64,000 bases of DNA from Catajapyx aquilonaris (taxonomy: Eukaryota): contig KZ537960.1 of assembly GCA_000934665.2 (NCBI GenBank), forward strand, positions 1-64,000, in the 5' to 3' direction. Shown here one piece after another: positions 1-12,708 of this stretch; position 1 is the first letter of the stretch, and every line of letters starts with the position of its first letter. The translations under genes and the position numbers were made by a program. The notes under the pieces are model-generated. The model saw only the letters and a list, made by a program, of their open reading frames with translations. It did not search any database and was not told the DNA's origin.

Positions 1-44
1 ACGCCCCCTCACTCCCCCCCTCCCGTGTTCCAACCAAAACTGAC

Positions 45-230
45 CCTGTTGTCCGGGATCCCCGCTGCTTTCCTCTTCCCTTCGGCGTGCTGCCTGGTCT
101 CCGCTTCATCTCCTCCTAGGCACCCTGGCACGCGTCCGTCCGTGGCGACAGACACCGATTTGTCCGGCGCCTTCGCATCGCACTCCCGAAGCGGCCATGT
201 TGCCATCTTGAATGTCACTACACCACTGGG
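45..230 (-). other. Probable first exon of an unidentified gene that continues beyond the left edge of the window
   Basis: CpG-rich stretch with a YY1-like AAGATGGC (202-209, minus) and a splice donor AGG|GTCAGT (GT at 44-43). An ATG at 206 opens MATWPLRE...PDNR up to the donor; the true frame is uncertain. Confidence 0.5.
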
Positions 231-240
231 ATTCGGGACG

Positions 241-340
241 CCCCATTGGCCGATCAAGGGAGGGGGGGAGCACGTGGTTGAACCACTGCGCATGCGTACC
301 TAGAACAGAACAGTCTGCAAGTGCGCCGCGCCGTGACTAG
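241..340 (-). promoter_or_regulatory. CpG-rich housekeeping-type promoter for the left-edge gene
   Basis: CCAAT (245-249, minus), E-box CACGTG (271-276) and NRF1/Ewg-like TGCGCATGCG (287-296) lie just upstream of the putative first exon. Confidence 0.5.
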
Positions 341-961
341 CGGTTCAGGCTCGACTCCACCACCGCTGCACGGCGCTGCAGACGCTTACTACCTTTCGCC
401 GTATTTCCAACCCACCACCTGTCGCGCTCCTTATGAATCGCCTAGGCGACTGAGGCCATCCACAATGGAATGCGGTACATGTCAATCGTAACTCATTTTT
501 ATTGATACACAATATTACATTAGAAAATAAATACAATACTGCAAAAACCACAAGTGGAGTGAGATCATTTTATTTATCCTCGGTTCTGCCATTGTCAGTT
601 ATTAAATAAATTCTGGCTGTATTACCAAGCACTGGCAATTGAGGTACACTGGGTTTTATAATTTGCATGCCACTGGAAAACATATCTAAATAATCATAAC
701 TGTGGATCTGTACCAAATCATGTGTTAATCACCTTGAGAAACTAGACTGTGCAAAAGTGGTGTTGGCGACTGAATTACTATGTTTCAAGGTCAAATTGAG
801 ACTGATAAAACTCTCCAAATGAGACAGCATGTAATAATAAGTGACAGGCAATACCACTAATAATGCTACAACACTTGCATATAATATTAGACAAAACTTT
901 CAAGCACCCCTCTTTCTAAGGACACCGAACATGGACGGAATAGTATTTGACACATAAAAAT

Positions 962-2665
962 TTAAAAATCATCATCACTGACACCATCTTCATCCCCGTT
1001 AACCTTCCCATTCCCTGCTTTAGCTATCCCTGGATCACCTCTTTCTCCAATGTGACTCTTTCTTCCAGGTGCATTTTCTACCTCAAGCTCATCACTTTCC
1101 AGGTCACTTCCATCGTCCCCATCCCCTCCGTCCAATATAAGATCTGAGTCTGTCCCAAGGCTTCCTGAATCATCATCATCCTCCCCACCTGTCATGCTTC
1201 CAAACACTCTCCTGGCATTTCCTGCCCCCCGTCCGCCTGCACCTCCTGCAGCTGTCTTCCGTGCACCAGTGCGATTTCCCCTCCCTTTTGGAGGAGGGGC
1301 AGGTTTGACTTCTCCTTCTTCAGATTCGCTGTCCTCTCCTGATAACAGCTCAGTTGAACCTTCCAGAGTGCGGAGGGAAAAGTCTTCATGGCGGAGGCGC
1401 TCCACAAGTTTTTTAGTTGCGGCCTGGGGATAATGTGATTTTACACGTTCGTCATTTTACACTTTAACACAATTTCCTAATCACAAGTTATCATACCTGT
1501 TTCTCCTCCAGTCTGTCCTGTTCAGCTTTATCTTGGTCCTCAATCAATTTTTCTAGGTATGCCAGGCACCTGTAGGTGTTGATGTACTCCTCGTACAGCT
1601 CCTTGAGCTCTGCCTCCAACCTCTCGTACTCATCCATGAATGCAGGACGCACCTTTCTTAAGGTCTGTAGGCGCTTCTGGGTCCTTTCTAATTCCACTTG
1701 CTTCTTCTTAATCTTGGCATCTAAATTTGCTTCATTCGAGGCCACATTCTCAATCAAGCTGTTTGTTTTGACAATCTCTTCATTCACTAGCTCATTGGTC
1801 TTTCGCATTGCACTCTCAACCTCTGTCAATTCAATTTGCTTGTCGAGTACAGCCATCCTCAATTCCTGGAATGCAGGAAGAACATAGTAATACTTGCAGT
1901 GCACAAAAGGATTATGAAACTCACCCGCAAATCCACTTCGTTTATCAGGAGTGAATGCAGCCCTGATCCTTTGGTGGTGATCTCAGATCCCAATTGTCTG
2001 AGTTGCTTTATTTCATTAATCTGAAATTATTTAGTGTTAGTAGAACATGTCAAATAGCTTTAATATTGATCGAGAGCCTTGTTTACCTTTGACGTCACAT
2101 CCAACAGGTTGAGCCCGAAGCCATCCTTCTGAGGTGGATTCTCTGCGTCAATGTTGGCATTGGCTTTCATGGCATTGTACAAGAGAGTTGTTACTTTAAT
2201 CAGTTCCTTCACAGCATACCCATCTGCTTGGTACAACTTTTTCGTGTTCAGACGAATGTGCGCTTTGGAAGCCTATAAATGTCAGTGTCGAATATAAATT
2301 ACGGCTAAGATGCACTTGAAAAATATGACTGACCATAAACTGTGCCACATTGCGGATCAGATTTATCCTGTCCTTTTCCTGATTAATGTCTTGCGGGGTC
2401 ATGTCCAAGTCAGGGTCAAAGCGCTGCACAAGCCACACAATGATTTCACTCACTAACGGGAAGTTTGGCTTCCTGAAGTTTTCAATCGAGATCAGCCTTG
2501 GGTAACCCAATGCACGCATCATCTCCGTAAAATCTGAAACAACAATAGTTAGCGAAAAGTACTCAAGGCCCGTTCATTCTTGAGGTTAGGAGCAAAAATT
2601 ATCTCTCATCTGTTAAAGCCACAATTAATAAGCCTTGACTTACTTCTCAGGTCGCGGTAAGACAT
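962..2665 (-). CDS. CLUAP1: Clusterin-associated protein 1 / IFT38 (intraflagellar transport B complex), 6 coding exons: 2644-2665, 2334-2533, 2087-2272, 1925-2020, 1497-1865, 962-1423
   Basis: Spliced translation gives [59 protein letters not shown] and [17 protein letters not shown], with an acidic tail ending SDDDF. All introns are GT-AG and in phase. Confidence 0.95.
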
Positions 2666-2840
2666 GCTGGCAGACGGTGCGGGGTTGTGGGATCGGAAAT
2701 CAGGCCTAAGAAATTCCTAGAAAATGTCGTGTGACGGATCGAATTTTCAGCCGTCTTGTCGAACGTCGAAGGCCGTGTTTCAGTCGAGGGGTGACAGATA
2801 CGACAACCGTATCCGAATATGAGCGAATGTCTGCTGCACA

Positions 2841-2854
2841 GTAACCACGGCGAT
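2841..2854. promoter_or_regulatory. Candidate RFX X-box upstream of CLUAP1
   Basis: GTAACCACGGCGAT fits the degenerate X-box GYNRCY-N1-3-RRHRAY and lies ~175 bp upstream of the ATG of a ciliary gene. Confidence 0.55.
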
Positions 2855-4773
2855 CCAAAACCGGTCTTATTTCAACACTAAAATTATTTTATGGGAGATA
2901 TTTCCAAATTATAAAGATAGATTTGATATTATTGAGGTATTTTTTCTAGAAAGGACACAGTAAATATGGAAATTGGACACTGCCCGTATTGATTTTAAAA
3001 ATGGCGGCCTACATATGCATCGATTATTATTTTTTCTTTTTTAAATTCAATATACGTCCGTACCAAGGTTATAGGTATACAGTACGTCAATACTCAAGAC
3101 AGACGTACTCATTAGGTTCCATTAATTAAATGGCCAACGGTCCAATAAAATTCAGCAGCAAAGTCTATTTTCATTTTGATCATAAAGATGGTGAGAATTT
3201 TGGCTCAAGTTTTTCTCCCCCCCTTCTCTGAATGAAATTTAAATAAATTATTCTGCTTTGAACATTACCTTCGTAATGTATCTAATTCGTATTTCAAGTC
3301 ATCTGTAAATTTTAGGTACTACCGGTATGTAAAAAATAAAATACCGGATAGGCCAAATAAGTAAGCTATACTTGGTTTTTGTAAGAGTCTAATGTTGTCC
3401 ATTGTTATTAATGTAATTTGCTTAGTAATGACAATAACTGTTGTCATTGGGATTCTGATCAATGAGACATCTTCTGCCTTGTCATCATTCATGTGGGTGG
3501 GTTTTAAGTTAACTTACTTCTGCCATGGAGGGCATGTTGAACGAGTCAGGTACAGATCGACCCTTGTTATTGTCAGTAACAATTAATTGACAATTTTCAG
3601 AGACAACAATCAAATACAAGATGCACATTTTCAGGAATGAAAATAATAGCTCGGTCAGAATTAGAAGACTTGTGCAGGGAAGAATGGACCAGGGTCTTCT
3701 TCGAGCAGGAGACATGACTAGTTGCAGTGGTTGTGAAATTCAGGACTTGCCAAGGAGCCACATAAAAGAATCATCCACAATTCGCTGGCATATCTGAGGA
3801 AACTCTTTGACTGTACAGTACAAGTATCCTACCTAGAAAAAAGAAGAAAAATGCCAGGTACAAATGAAGTGCCAATTATTGTTTCTCTCAATTGTGCTGG
3901 TGGTTGGAAATTTTGTAGGAAATGAGTAATCCATCATTAGGTTCAACACCTCAACTCCGAAAACAGTTTGGATTAAGTGCCCCACATGCTGAGAGAAGGG
4001 ACAATGATTGTTGGATGGCATTGTGACTTCTCCAATGAAGAACTATATAACAGCAGCTCACAACTCCAGGTTCTTCAGACTCATCAAAATACCAGGTTGG
4101 ATCATCACACATCCACTGATTTCTACACACTGATGCAATTTTTATGAGATTGCATCAGGGAGTGTTTTATTGTTGGAACTGCATGGCTGTTTATTTTCAT
4201 ACATGCAAGTTCATTGCTTCCTGGTCAGATAAAGAAACTTTTTAAACTCGTCTTCATAGAGGATTATTTTTCCTGGGTACTAAACATGAGCAGTATGTGA
4301 CTGCTGATGAGGACCATAAAAACCCTGACAAATAAAAGTAAACAAAAGCATAATGTGGGAGGAGCAAGGTCAATTTTTTGAGTTGTAGGTTATGTAACCA
4401 TGAAATCTGAGTTTTGGCCTTGAAACCTCAAGGCCAACATTTTTATTAGCCCATAAAGCCACTTTTTATACTTTCTTCCATGTACTAGTATGTACTTACT
4501 ATAAGACTAATTTTTCAACGCTGTTGATGGAGGAGTTTGTTGGGGTCACATGGTACTACATGGGTCAAAATTACCCTTACAGTGTACATTTAACAATGAC
4601 AGTCCTTTGGTGAAAACAAAATTCTTGTTCCATAGTTGTCACGATTCAACAAGCTGTGCTGTGTAGAAAAAGCTATTTTAAAAAATTGCTGCCTAAGCCA
4701 TAAAAAAAAACTGACCAGTTTTGTGATGCGAATGTAGAAGAAAGCGGGAAAACAAATATTAGTTCTTTAAATC

Positions 4774-7700
4774 CTAGATAGGCCTGGTGATAGTCACATC
4801 ACAGCTATCTCCTTGCAAGTCTTCTCTGGATGGATACACTGCTCGGAGCTTTCCTTCAGAGTCTACCACCCTGACTTGTTCAACCTTCAGCACTTTCTTT
4901 TTATCTTCGCCTGTCCCTTCTTCTTCAGCACCTATGCCCATTCGAAGGGCCCCTAAAAGGAGAGCGTCTGCCACTTTCCTACAGGCTAGCTGTGATGAAG
5001 AGCTGCTCACTTCCACCAGTATTGAGTGGGTTGCTTCCTGAATCTGAAAGTAGCAGGAGTCAAGACAATAATAATCTACACCTGGAAGTTGTGTACACTG
5101 ATCGCCCCAACCATCTGAAGAGTCCCCCCCACACTACTTGGACCAGACAATTCACTGAAACAGTCTACCTTAAAGATATGTGCAGGCATGACACTTGTCA
5201 AAAGTGACACTGTAACACTATCCAAGAAATGTGTATTCCCTATACAATTCTTCAGTGGCTGCTACATTCTCACCTTTGTCAAGTCACTGTTGGTAATCGG
5301 TGGGAGAGAGATGACATTCCCTCCTCCATCCAGCAAGCACGGATACAGTGGCTTCCCTTCAAGCAGGTGCAAGAACTTGTGAATCCCTGAGAAGGTGCTT
5401 CTCTTCTTCTCCTTTCTCACTATCTCAGCCTCCTTGTGCAGTTGTTGAAATAGATCTTGGGCACTGAAGATACCTGTTCGTCCCAGAGGTTGGAGCTTCA
5501 GATCTGAGGGGGGTCGCCCATCATAGGTAAGGCCGCCACTTGGAAGCTGGCTCAGGTCATGAGTCGCAATGGTTGCCAGAACACGCTTCTCACATGTAGT
5601 ATCATGCAACTGGGTCTGAAAGTAAAGCAAGATTATTTTATAAGAGCCAATGATGAGAATTCTCTTCCAGTTAAATCAAGCCTCTCCATTTCATTTTTCC
5701 CAGAGGTCCATAAATAGTGCTATTTTGGTTTCTGCTTCCACCTGTTCCCATATTAAATCCCTTGACCAGTTTAGAGACATAAAATGAGCGTATCAAATAT
5801 AAGAAACTTCACAAAGAAATTCCTGAAGGTGAAAATGATGATTGCTTATACTTTAATAAAAATATCTATCATAATTATTATACAATAAGTCATCAAGCAT
5901 TTTGTGTGGTAGATATGTGTATACCAGTACCTGCAGCTGAATAAAACGCTTGAATGTGTCTGCATTCATGCTGACATCTCTGATGATGCAGCAAACCAGG
6001 TGAGGGCGAACATCCATAACTGGATTAGTAGCAGTAACCACTGGTGTGGAATCTGCATCACGGCTGATGCGTATCTCATCTTTCTTCACATCCTGTAACC
6101 ATATCATGTTTAGCCATTTTAAAAATAACAGTATTTACATAACCTGCATGTAGCAGAATCACTGTGGTCCACAAGAAAAGGTCAAGTTCCTGATATATTG
6201 GACAACACTGAATCAGAAATAGAGTCTGAGGGTTCCTTACTGCAGTGCCTAAAAAATGCTGCCTGTTTCTGCATCAGCCACATTACAAACTCCACCTTAT
6301 ATCTGCTACATCACATGAGAAAATCGATGGAAAATTCTACCTCACTGCCATCACTGCAAAAATTTTCTCCAGTACAGTACAAGAGTTTCTGCTACAGGCA
6401 GGTTTCATTGTATGAGCATGAATGCTTACATTTTCCTTTGGTGCTTCTCCATCATTCTTCTTGGATTTTCCCTTTGACTTGTTCCCCCTTTTCCCACCAG
6501 ACCCTGCATTTCCAGGACCATCCTCCCCAGCCATGGGACAGTTGTTGCGAATATAGTCTAGCACAGGTTTCATTGCACTCTTCGCTCCACCCTCTACCAA
6601 CTTCAGCAATCTACGATCAGAGAGCTTGTTCCCTTGAAGGTGAATATCTGGAAATATGCATTAGCATGACTTAACATTAATTCAAACCTGAAATAATAAT
6701 AACAATCCACTAATACTTATCAATTGCATGTCAAACTCGTGTTTTTCAAGTTGGAATGTCAATCTTATTTCTCCAAACTTATCCACTTGGCATACTTATT
6801 TGATTTGATATTTGTCCAAGTGTTTCAAATCTTTCTGCACAATGCAAGGTCAGATAGACTTTATCTTAATCACTTTCAGGTGCACCCACCACCATTTAAA
6901 AAAAAAAAAACACATGCTAGAATGTTAGGCAAATTCTGGTAGCTGGTAGCTGCCCAGTAAAAATTTTTTTGATTTGTTTTACCTTTGAGCTTGGTGCACT
7001 TGGACAGCTGTCCTGGAATGCTCACAACTGCATTGTTTCTGAGATCCAGAACCTTTAGGCTGACGAGGCCTGAGATGGCAGCTGGAATCATTCTAATCTG
7101 GTTCCCATTAGCTTTTATCTCTGAGACACGGTTCAGTTCTGGATAGCAAACATCGGGAAATGTCTCCATTTTGTTGTTGGACACATCCACAATGGTGAGG
7201 CAGGGATTTCCCTTCATACAGGGCATCCGAACAATGGAATTAGACCCAGCATTAAGGGTGGTGAGAGCCGTTAAGCTGCATAATGATTCAGGAAGCTCCT
7301 CCAGCTGGTTGCTGGATATATCAAGAACCTGAAAGCAATTGGAAATAAAGTTTTTAATTACGGACCATAGCAGCAAACAGTTAGTCACATACACCACAAA
7401 AATGATCGCTAATTATGTTGCACGAAGTGATGCAGCTGTTAACATATGACACTATTTTTTCTGTACTGTTTTGCAATCATGTGAGCAATTGCATCATTTT
7501 GTGAAACAGGCCATTACCTTCTGGAGACATTTTATTGTGGCAAAAATGCAATTCTCCTCCTTCAACTACTATTTGAACTTAACATATGGGATGAACATGT
7601 GTCTTCCACACTACCACTATGCCAGCTAGAACCTCTTTGTGGTGAGCCAGAGGGCCCTCACCTTGAGCTTGGTGAGCTGTCCGATCTCCTTGGGCAAGGC

Positions 7701-7946
7701 GGCGATCCTGTTTGAGTGCAGGACGAGGTTGGTGAGGTGCGTGAGTTTCCGTATGTCCTTTGGGAGCGTGTTGAGCGATGGTAGGCGACTGATCTCGAGG
7801 AAGTTGAGGTTGGCCAGTCCGAAGATGGCACGGTCCAGCTCCCCGTCCGAATCCGACACCCTCTTGGCCACCTCCCCTCCAGTCAGCACCAGCTCGTGCC
7901 GGTTCTCCACCCGGGCCGTCTCCACTTCGCTCCAAGCACCGGACAT
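4774..7946 (-). CDS. LRRC47: Leucine-rich repeat-containing protein 47 (LRRs plus PheRS-beta B3/4-like domain), 6 exons: 7662-7946, 6983-7328, 6430-6647, 5931-6092, 5274-5615, 4774-5043
   Basis: WSEVETARVENRHELVLTG, LRR repeats, GNKLSDRRLLKL, VRPHLVCCIIR, FIQLQTQLHDTTCEKRVLATIATHDL, VISLPPITNSDLTKI and QVRVVDSEGKLRAVYPSREDL. GT-AG introns are in phase. Confidence 0.93.
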
Positions 7947-8889
7947 GGCTCAATCGACACACCGGGGTTGTCTTCCAAAAGGCGACGACCTGCCTGCCTT
8001 GCCTCGCTGCCACAACTTGAGACCGCGACACTAGCGCCAGAGCCTACTGATGGGGGAACAGCACACCACAAGGATGGAACGGAATGGACACGGGGAACGA
8101 ACAAACGGAACGGAGCGCCAACTACAAAACATGTGATGATGAAAACAAATCATTCAATAATTATTTCAACTGTCAGTTACTTCGCGCTGTTTACTTTCAT
8201 TCAAGCAGATACCTGGAAATGCCTATTTTATGATGAATACATAAATTGAAGGAATGTTACTTTATTGCACGTAATACTTTCTAGGATACATTTTTACAGT
8301 CTCCATGCCAAACATAAAACTACATAAGAATTATTAGTGCAAGATGGTGGAGATTGTGGTTTATCACAGCAATAACAAAATTTCTCAAGTTCATAGCATC
8401 TACACATACAGTACATCTGAATGGATTGAATATATTAAGTTTACTTTTTTTTTGATAATAATTAATATGTTCATAGTGGAATCAGATAATAACATATTCA
8501 ACATGCCAAAATCAGGGGGGAAAAATTCATATGTAATGATGGTAAATTACTGCAGGCATCAGAAGAGGTTATTTCCTCCACTACCTTACAATCATTACTG
8601 CAAATACATTAACCACAATGTGAGACAAAATTAATAATATTTATGTTGACAAGCAGACTGTTAAAATACACACTTGCGTATATGCCATTTTTGTGTACGT
8701 GTGACTGATATACTTTGATGTCAAATTTATGAAAACATACATTATTTTCCCTATAGAAGTCCCCATCATATATTTCTGTGCCTAATGTTCTCTCCCATTA
8801 CTAGAAAATTTTAGCCATCAATGTCAGGTGAATGTTACTCAGACTGAAATAACTTATTTTGAACTGGCAACTATAGATGAATTTTTTAA

Positions 8890-9085
8890 TGAGTGCAACC
8901 AAGGGCGCAACACAGTTTGTGCAAATTGTTTCCAATGGGTAACAATGTGGCCGATGTTTCCGACGTTACCAAGGTTCTGGAATGAACCTTAGAGGCTACT
9001 GGTGTGACTTTGGCCCACGAAGAGTAACTGTTGTCGTCGGAACAATGGACTTGGGCGAGTTTGGGTGTACACTTGGTTGCTCTCT
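8890..9085. mobile_element. Degenerate short TIR element flanked by TTAA
   Basis: TGAGTGCAACCAAGGGCGCA matches the reverse complement of the right end (AGAGAGCAACCAAGTGTACA) imperfectly; TTAA at 8886-8889 and 9086-9089. Confidence 0.4.
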
Positions 9086-9156
9086 TTAAAAAAAATTGTC
9101 TATAGTAGGATCTGTAATATACTAAAGTGCCAGGTCAGTCTTTAGTTGTTTACTAC

Positions 9157-9555
9157 AAGCACCCCCACTGCTGGTTGACATGGTAGGGTGGCTTCTGTAC
9201 TATGACAACCTGACAACTACTGGCAGGATCTCCCAATCTGAAAAGGTCTAGACCAGGGGTTCTTAACCTTTTCGGACCTCCACAACCCTTTGAAGACAGT
9301 TGGTCCTTGTCGTACCCCCTATACCAGGGGTGATTGATTAAGTTCATAGTTAGACTTAGTCCAAAGGTGCACCTTGCTCGCACCCCCAGGGGAGCCACCG
9401 GGCACCCCAGGTTAAGAACTGCTGGTCTAGACCAAGACATACACCCCTTCTTCTATCTCCTTTTCCTCCCTTTCTCCTTTCACCTATTTATCTATCCTCT
9501 TCTGACAGCCAGATAGCCTTAGTCGCACTTTGGCTTCCTTACACTCCAACACACT
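9157..9555 (+). mobile_element. Old SINE-like retroposon (RTE 5'UTR-like head, polypyrimidine tract, conserved tail), interrupted by a hAT MITE
   Basis: Shares a CTGGCAGGATCTCCCAAT...AGGTC head and an AGCCAGATAGCCTTAG...TTTGGCTTCCTT tail with the copy at 21890-22145. Confidence 0.5.
9254..9424. mobile_element. hAT (Charlie-like) MITE
   Basis: TIRs CAGGGGTTCTTAACCT / CAGCAGTTCTTAACCT; perfect 8-bp TSD GTCTAGAC at 9246-9253 and 9425-9432. Confidence 0.85.
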
Positions 9556-9620
9556 GAAGGCATTGCTCCTTGCATTGAAAAAAATATATATGTTGAAAAC
9601 ATATCTAGGCAGCTTCATAA

Positions 9621-10054
9621 AAGCCGGTATCCACGTTAGAGTTTCTCTCATAAGAGTCCTCTTGTTTGAGAAATCTTGTACGTCGAGACGGAATCTATAT
9701 CGCCTCTCACCCCCTCTCACGTCCTCGCAAGGAAAGTTGAAAATTTTCTACTTTTCCTCTGATCCTCGCATTGACGTCACACCACGTGACTCCGGAGAGC
9801 CAATCAGGTCAGAGATATCAGCAGACCCCAGGCCGGCACCACAAGGAATGTGTCTTCTCTCCCCTCCCTTCCTCCTATCCACCAGATCTACAATAAGCAT
9901 GATTGCAGCTGCTTGTCAACGGGTGCCATCATGCCAGACTCTCGTTGGGATGGCTAGAAATTTCTCGTACGTCTCGCAAGCCCTGGGCGGGCCTTACGTG
10001 GGCCTGCGCAGTTGGCTCCTCTTATGAGAGAAACTGTAACGTGGATACCGGCTT
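9621..10054. mobile_element. PIF/Harbinger-type MITE
   Basis: 36-bp TIRs AAGCCGGTATCCACGTTA(G/C)AGTTTCTCTCATAAGAG with 1 mismatch; 3-bp TSD TAA on both sides. Confidence 0.8.
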
Positions 10055-10506
10055 TAAGCTTTGCTTAATAGAAGACGGATGTTGTTTTGTGACATTTTTT
10101 GTCGCAATTTCGGGGAATGTTAGCTTAGCACAATAGGGACTTCTTATATCTGTGCAACATGACTCATAAATGGCATTCTGGCTTATGTCGGGTTTACATG
10201 TCATTATATCTATGCAACATGTCATGCACCAGTATTTTGCTAGTGAAATGATAGCACATTTTGTAGTAGAGCAAGTAATAATGCAACAAGAGAGGTTTTA
10301 CAAATCACTCAGCAGTAAAGACGACGCATAAAATGGCTACAAATGGTGTGAAACTGAACCTTACACCTTCATCACTCTGCCCTGTTACCCTGTTCTACTC
10401 ATGGGTCTGAATGTTTTGCAACATTACATACAAAATAATGAAGGACTGGGTGATGCAGCCCTCTAGGGTGCAGGAATGACCCAAATTGTCATAATAGTAA
10501 AATATT

Positions 10507-10943
10507 CAGGGTGTATCAGAACTCTACCGTAAGCCATATGCCAATGGCGTAATGGTCAGCAGATGATCATTTACAGTATCGGAATCATAGGCCTGGGCCG
10601 CCGCATGACCGAGATAATTGACCTCAACCAATAGGTATAAAATATCCTGGCAGGTATGCAAACCTTCAGCCGCAATCGCGTCACAGGTGAAGGTCGCAGC
10701 TATTTTCTGGGGGGCTACTGCCACACTGCTATTGGGGTAGTCACTGAGGGCTCTTAGAATTCAGTTCCCCCCAGATGCACTGCTATTCTACAATCAAGCT
10801 TAAGCGCAATCGCTACTTCGCAAATGATCAATTATCTTCGTGATGTGGCTGCCTAGACATGATGACCCCTCTACATATAATGATGCTCTGGTGCCCCTTA
10901 TGCCATTGGCACATGGCTTATGGTAGAGTTCTGATACACCCTG
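10507..10943. mobile_element. Tc1/mariner-type MITE
   Basis: ~45-bp TIRs starting CAGGGTGTATCAGAACTCTACC; TA on the right flank, TT on the left. Confidence 0.8.
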
Positions 10944-11691
10944 TATAATAATTAAACTTTGGTGTGAAACCAAACAGTAGCAGGGAAAATTCTCAACAGA
11001 ATGCAAATTATGTAAGTCATATTATAAAATCCTTAGCCATGTTATTCTTTATGTTTAATTAGAAATTACTGCTGTTTTTCAATAGCAATGTACCCCGATT
11101 TATGTCATCCTGTGCAGTGCATACCCAGTATAGAATTAATAACACTTTCCAGCGAGTCAGACAAAAATGCAACATCTTTGGCACAGTTCAAAATATACTC
11201 TATAAAGAACCCTGGTAACAAAATAGTTAATTTCAATGACAAAAATTGCCTTGTCAGGCATTTAAAAGTTGTGCTCAACAAGACCTTTTCTAAAAGCAAG
11301 GAAGTAATGACACTCCTTCTATATCGACTTCATTGGGTAATATCTTGCTATCAAAACTATATATCCATTCTCCCTTTTTATATACATGTTCCCCATGTTT
11401 GACAGTGCTATTTCTTTGGTATTTCTCTCCAATATTCACAATTATGAATAATTTATATTCACAACTACTGCAATTAAAACAAGGGTGCAGTTATCAAGTA
11501 CAGATTTGTGCCCCACATATCATTGGAAATGTTCAAGGTAACTAAGAGGTGAATTTTTGGAAGAGAAATCCTGAGACAGACTACCCCTTAATATTAACAT
11601 AACATTAAACAACAATCACAGAATGTGGAAACAGATCTGTTCAACATATTGAAGGAAGGAGACATTCAAAGCCACCTTTGGACACAACACG

Positions 11692-12708
11692 TTACTCAGA
11701 TTTCTTGGTGATTCCAGATGCTTCTCGCTCTTTGACATCGATTGTCCCCAGATTGTGGCAAGCAATACCGCCTTGAAGGAGGGCAATCAAGCTCTTGACA
11801 ATGGCTACTGGTGTGCATATGTAGCAGATCATACGGAACAGGCTCAAACCAAGAACTGAAATGAGAAATTCCTGACATTACCAGACGTACTCTACAAAAT
11901 ACCTACAAGTTTCGAATCAGATTTTTGCAAACCTGTTGGTCCCTCTGTGAAGTACAGTAGGTAGAGCATGGCATAAAATAGTTCATTTCCTGCACACATA
12001 AAGAAGAGAACTGGCTTTGAAGTGTAATAAATGCGCATGATAGAATTCGCCGAGGGATCTATGAACTTGTGGCTCGTCTTGCCCTGGAGAGTAGTCCTGC
12101 AAAGACAAAAGTATTTTTAGTTACACGGCATAATTCCATGACACAGTTCCAATATTTGACTTACGTATGAAGATGTATCCAGTGGCAAGCAATGTCAATG
12201 GTCATGCTGAGTTGGAACAGAAACATGTAGCTTGGATAGAAAAAACTCAGGGTGACCAAGAGACACATGGTAGCACATCGGTCTGTCAGCTGGTCCAGCA
12301 TAGCACCAAATTTTGTGCCTAAGAGGAAAGAATTCATTAGGTCTCCATATCGGTATTATTTATAAAACATGCCATTATCACCAATATACACTGTACAAAT
12401 TATTGGCTGTTTGGTCTTACTCTGGTTGAGCATCCTGGCTGCATGCCCATCAAAAGCATCCAAGAGTCCGCTGATCAAGTAGCACCAAGTAGCAATGACA
12501 TGGTTTTGCGGCATGAAGTAAAAGGACACCAGAGCCAGGGCGATTCGGGCATACCCTGCAGGAAAATGACAGGTGTATGTTTCTGTGATTATGTCGTAAT
12601 GCCCCAAGCAAACCACATGTTGCACTCTCCTAATTATTTCCCCTTTGCAGTCAAACATGTGGTCTTACCGATCAGGTTGGGTACAAAGACGAAGATATTT
12701 TCGGCCAT
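11692..12708 (-). CDS. CDIPT: CDP-diacylglycerol--inositol 3-phosphatidyltransferase (PI synthase), 5 exons: 12669-12708, 12421-12555, 12165-12318, 11933-12096, 11692-11855
   Basis: MAENIFVFVPNLIGYARI and the CDP-alcohol phosphotransferase motif LLDAFDGHAARMLNQSTKFGAMLDQLTDRC, followed by QGKTSHK and LFFMCAGNELFY. GT-AG introns are in phase. Confidence 0.96.

Noticed and set aside
3636..3765. ELEDLCREEWTRV...LVAVV resembling a Tc1 transposase C-terminus
   Set aside because: Too short, with a stop codon and no DDE core or TIRs; cannot be supported without a search.
3519..3832. Apparent minus-strand exon (acceptor ~3833, donor ~3518) between LRRC47 and CLUAP1
   Set aside because: No frame stays open across it and there is no recognisable homology; may be chance splice signals.
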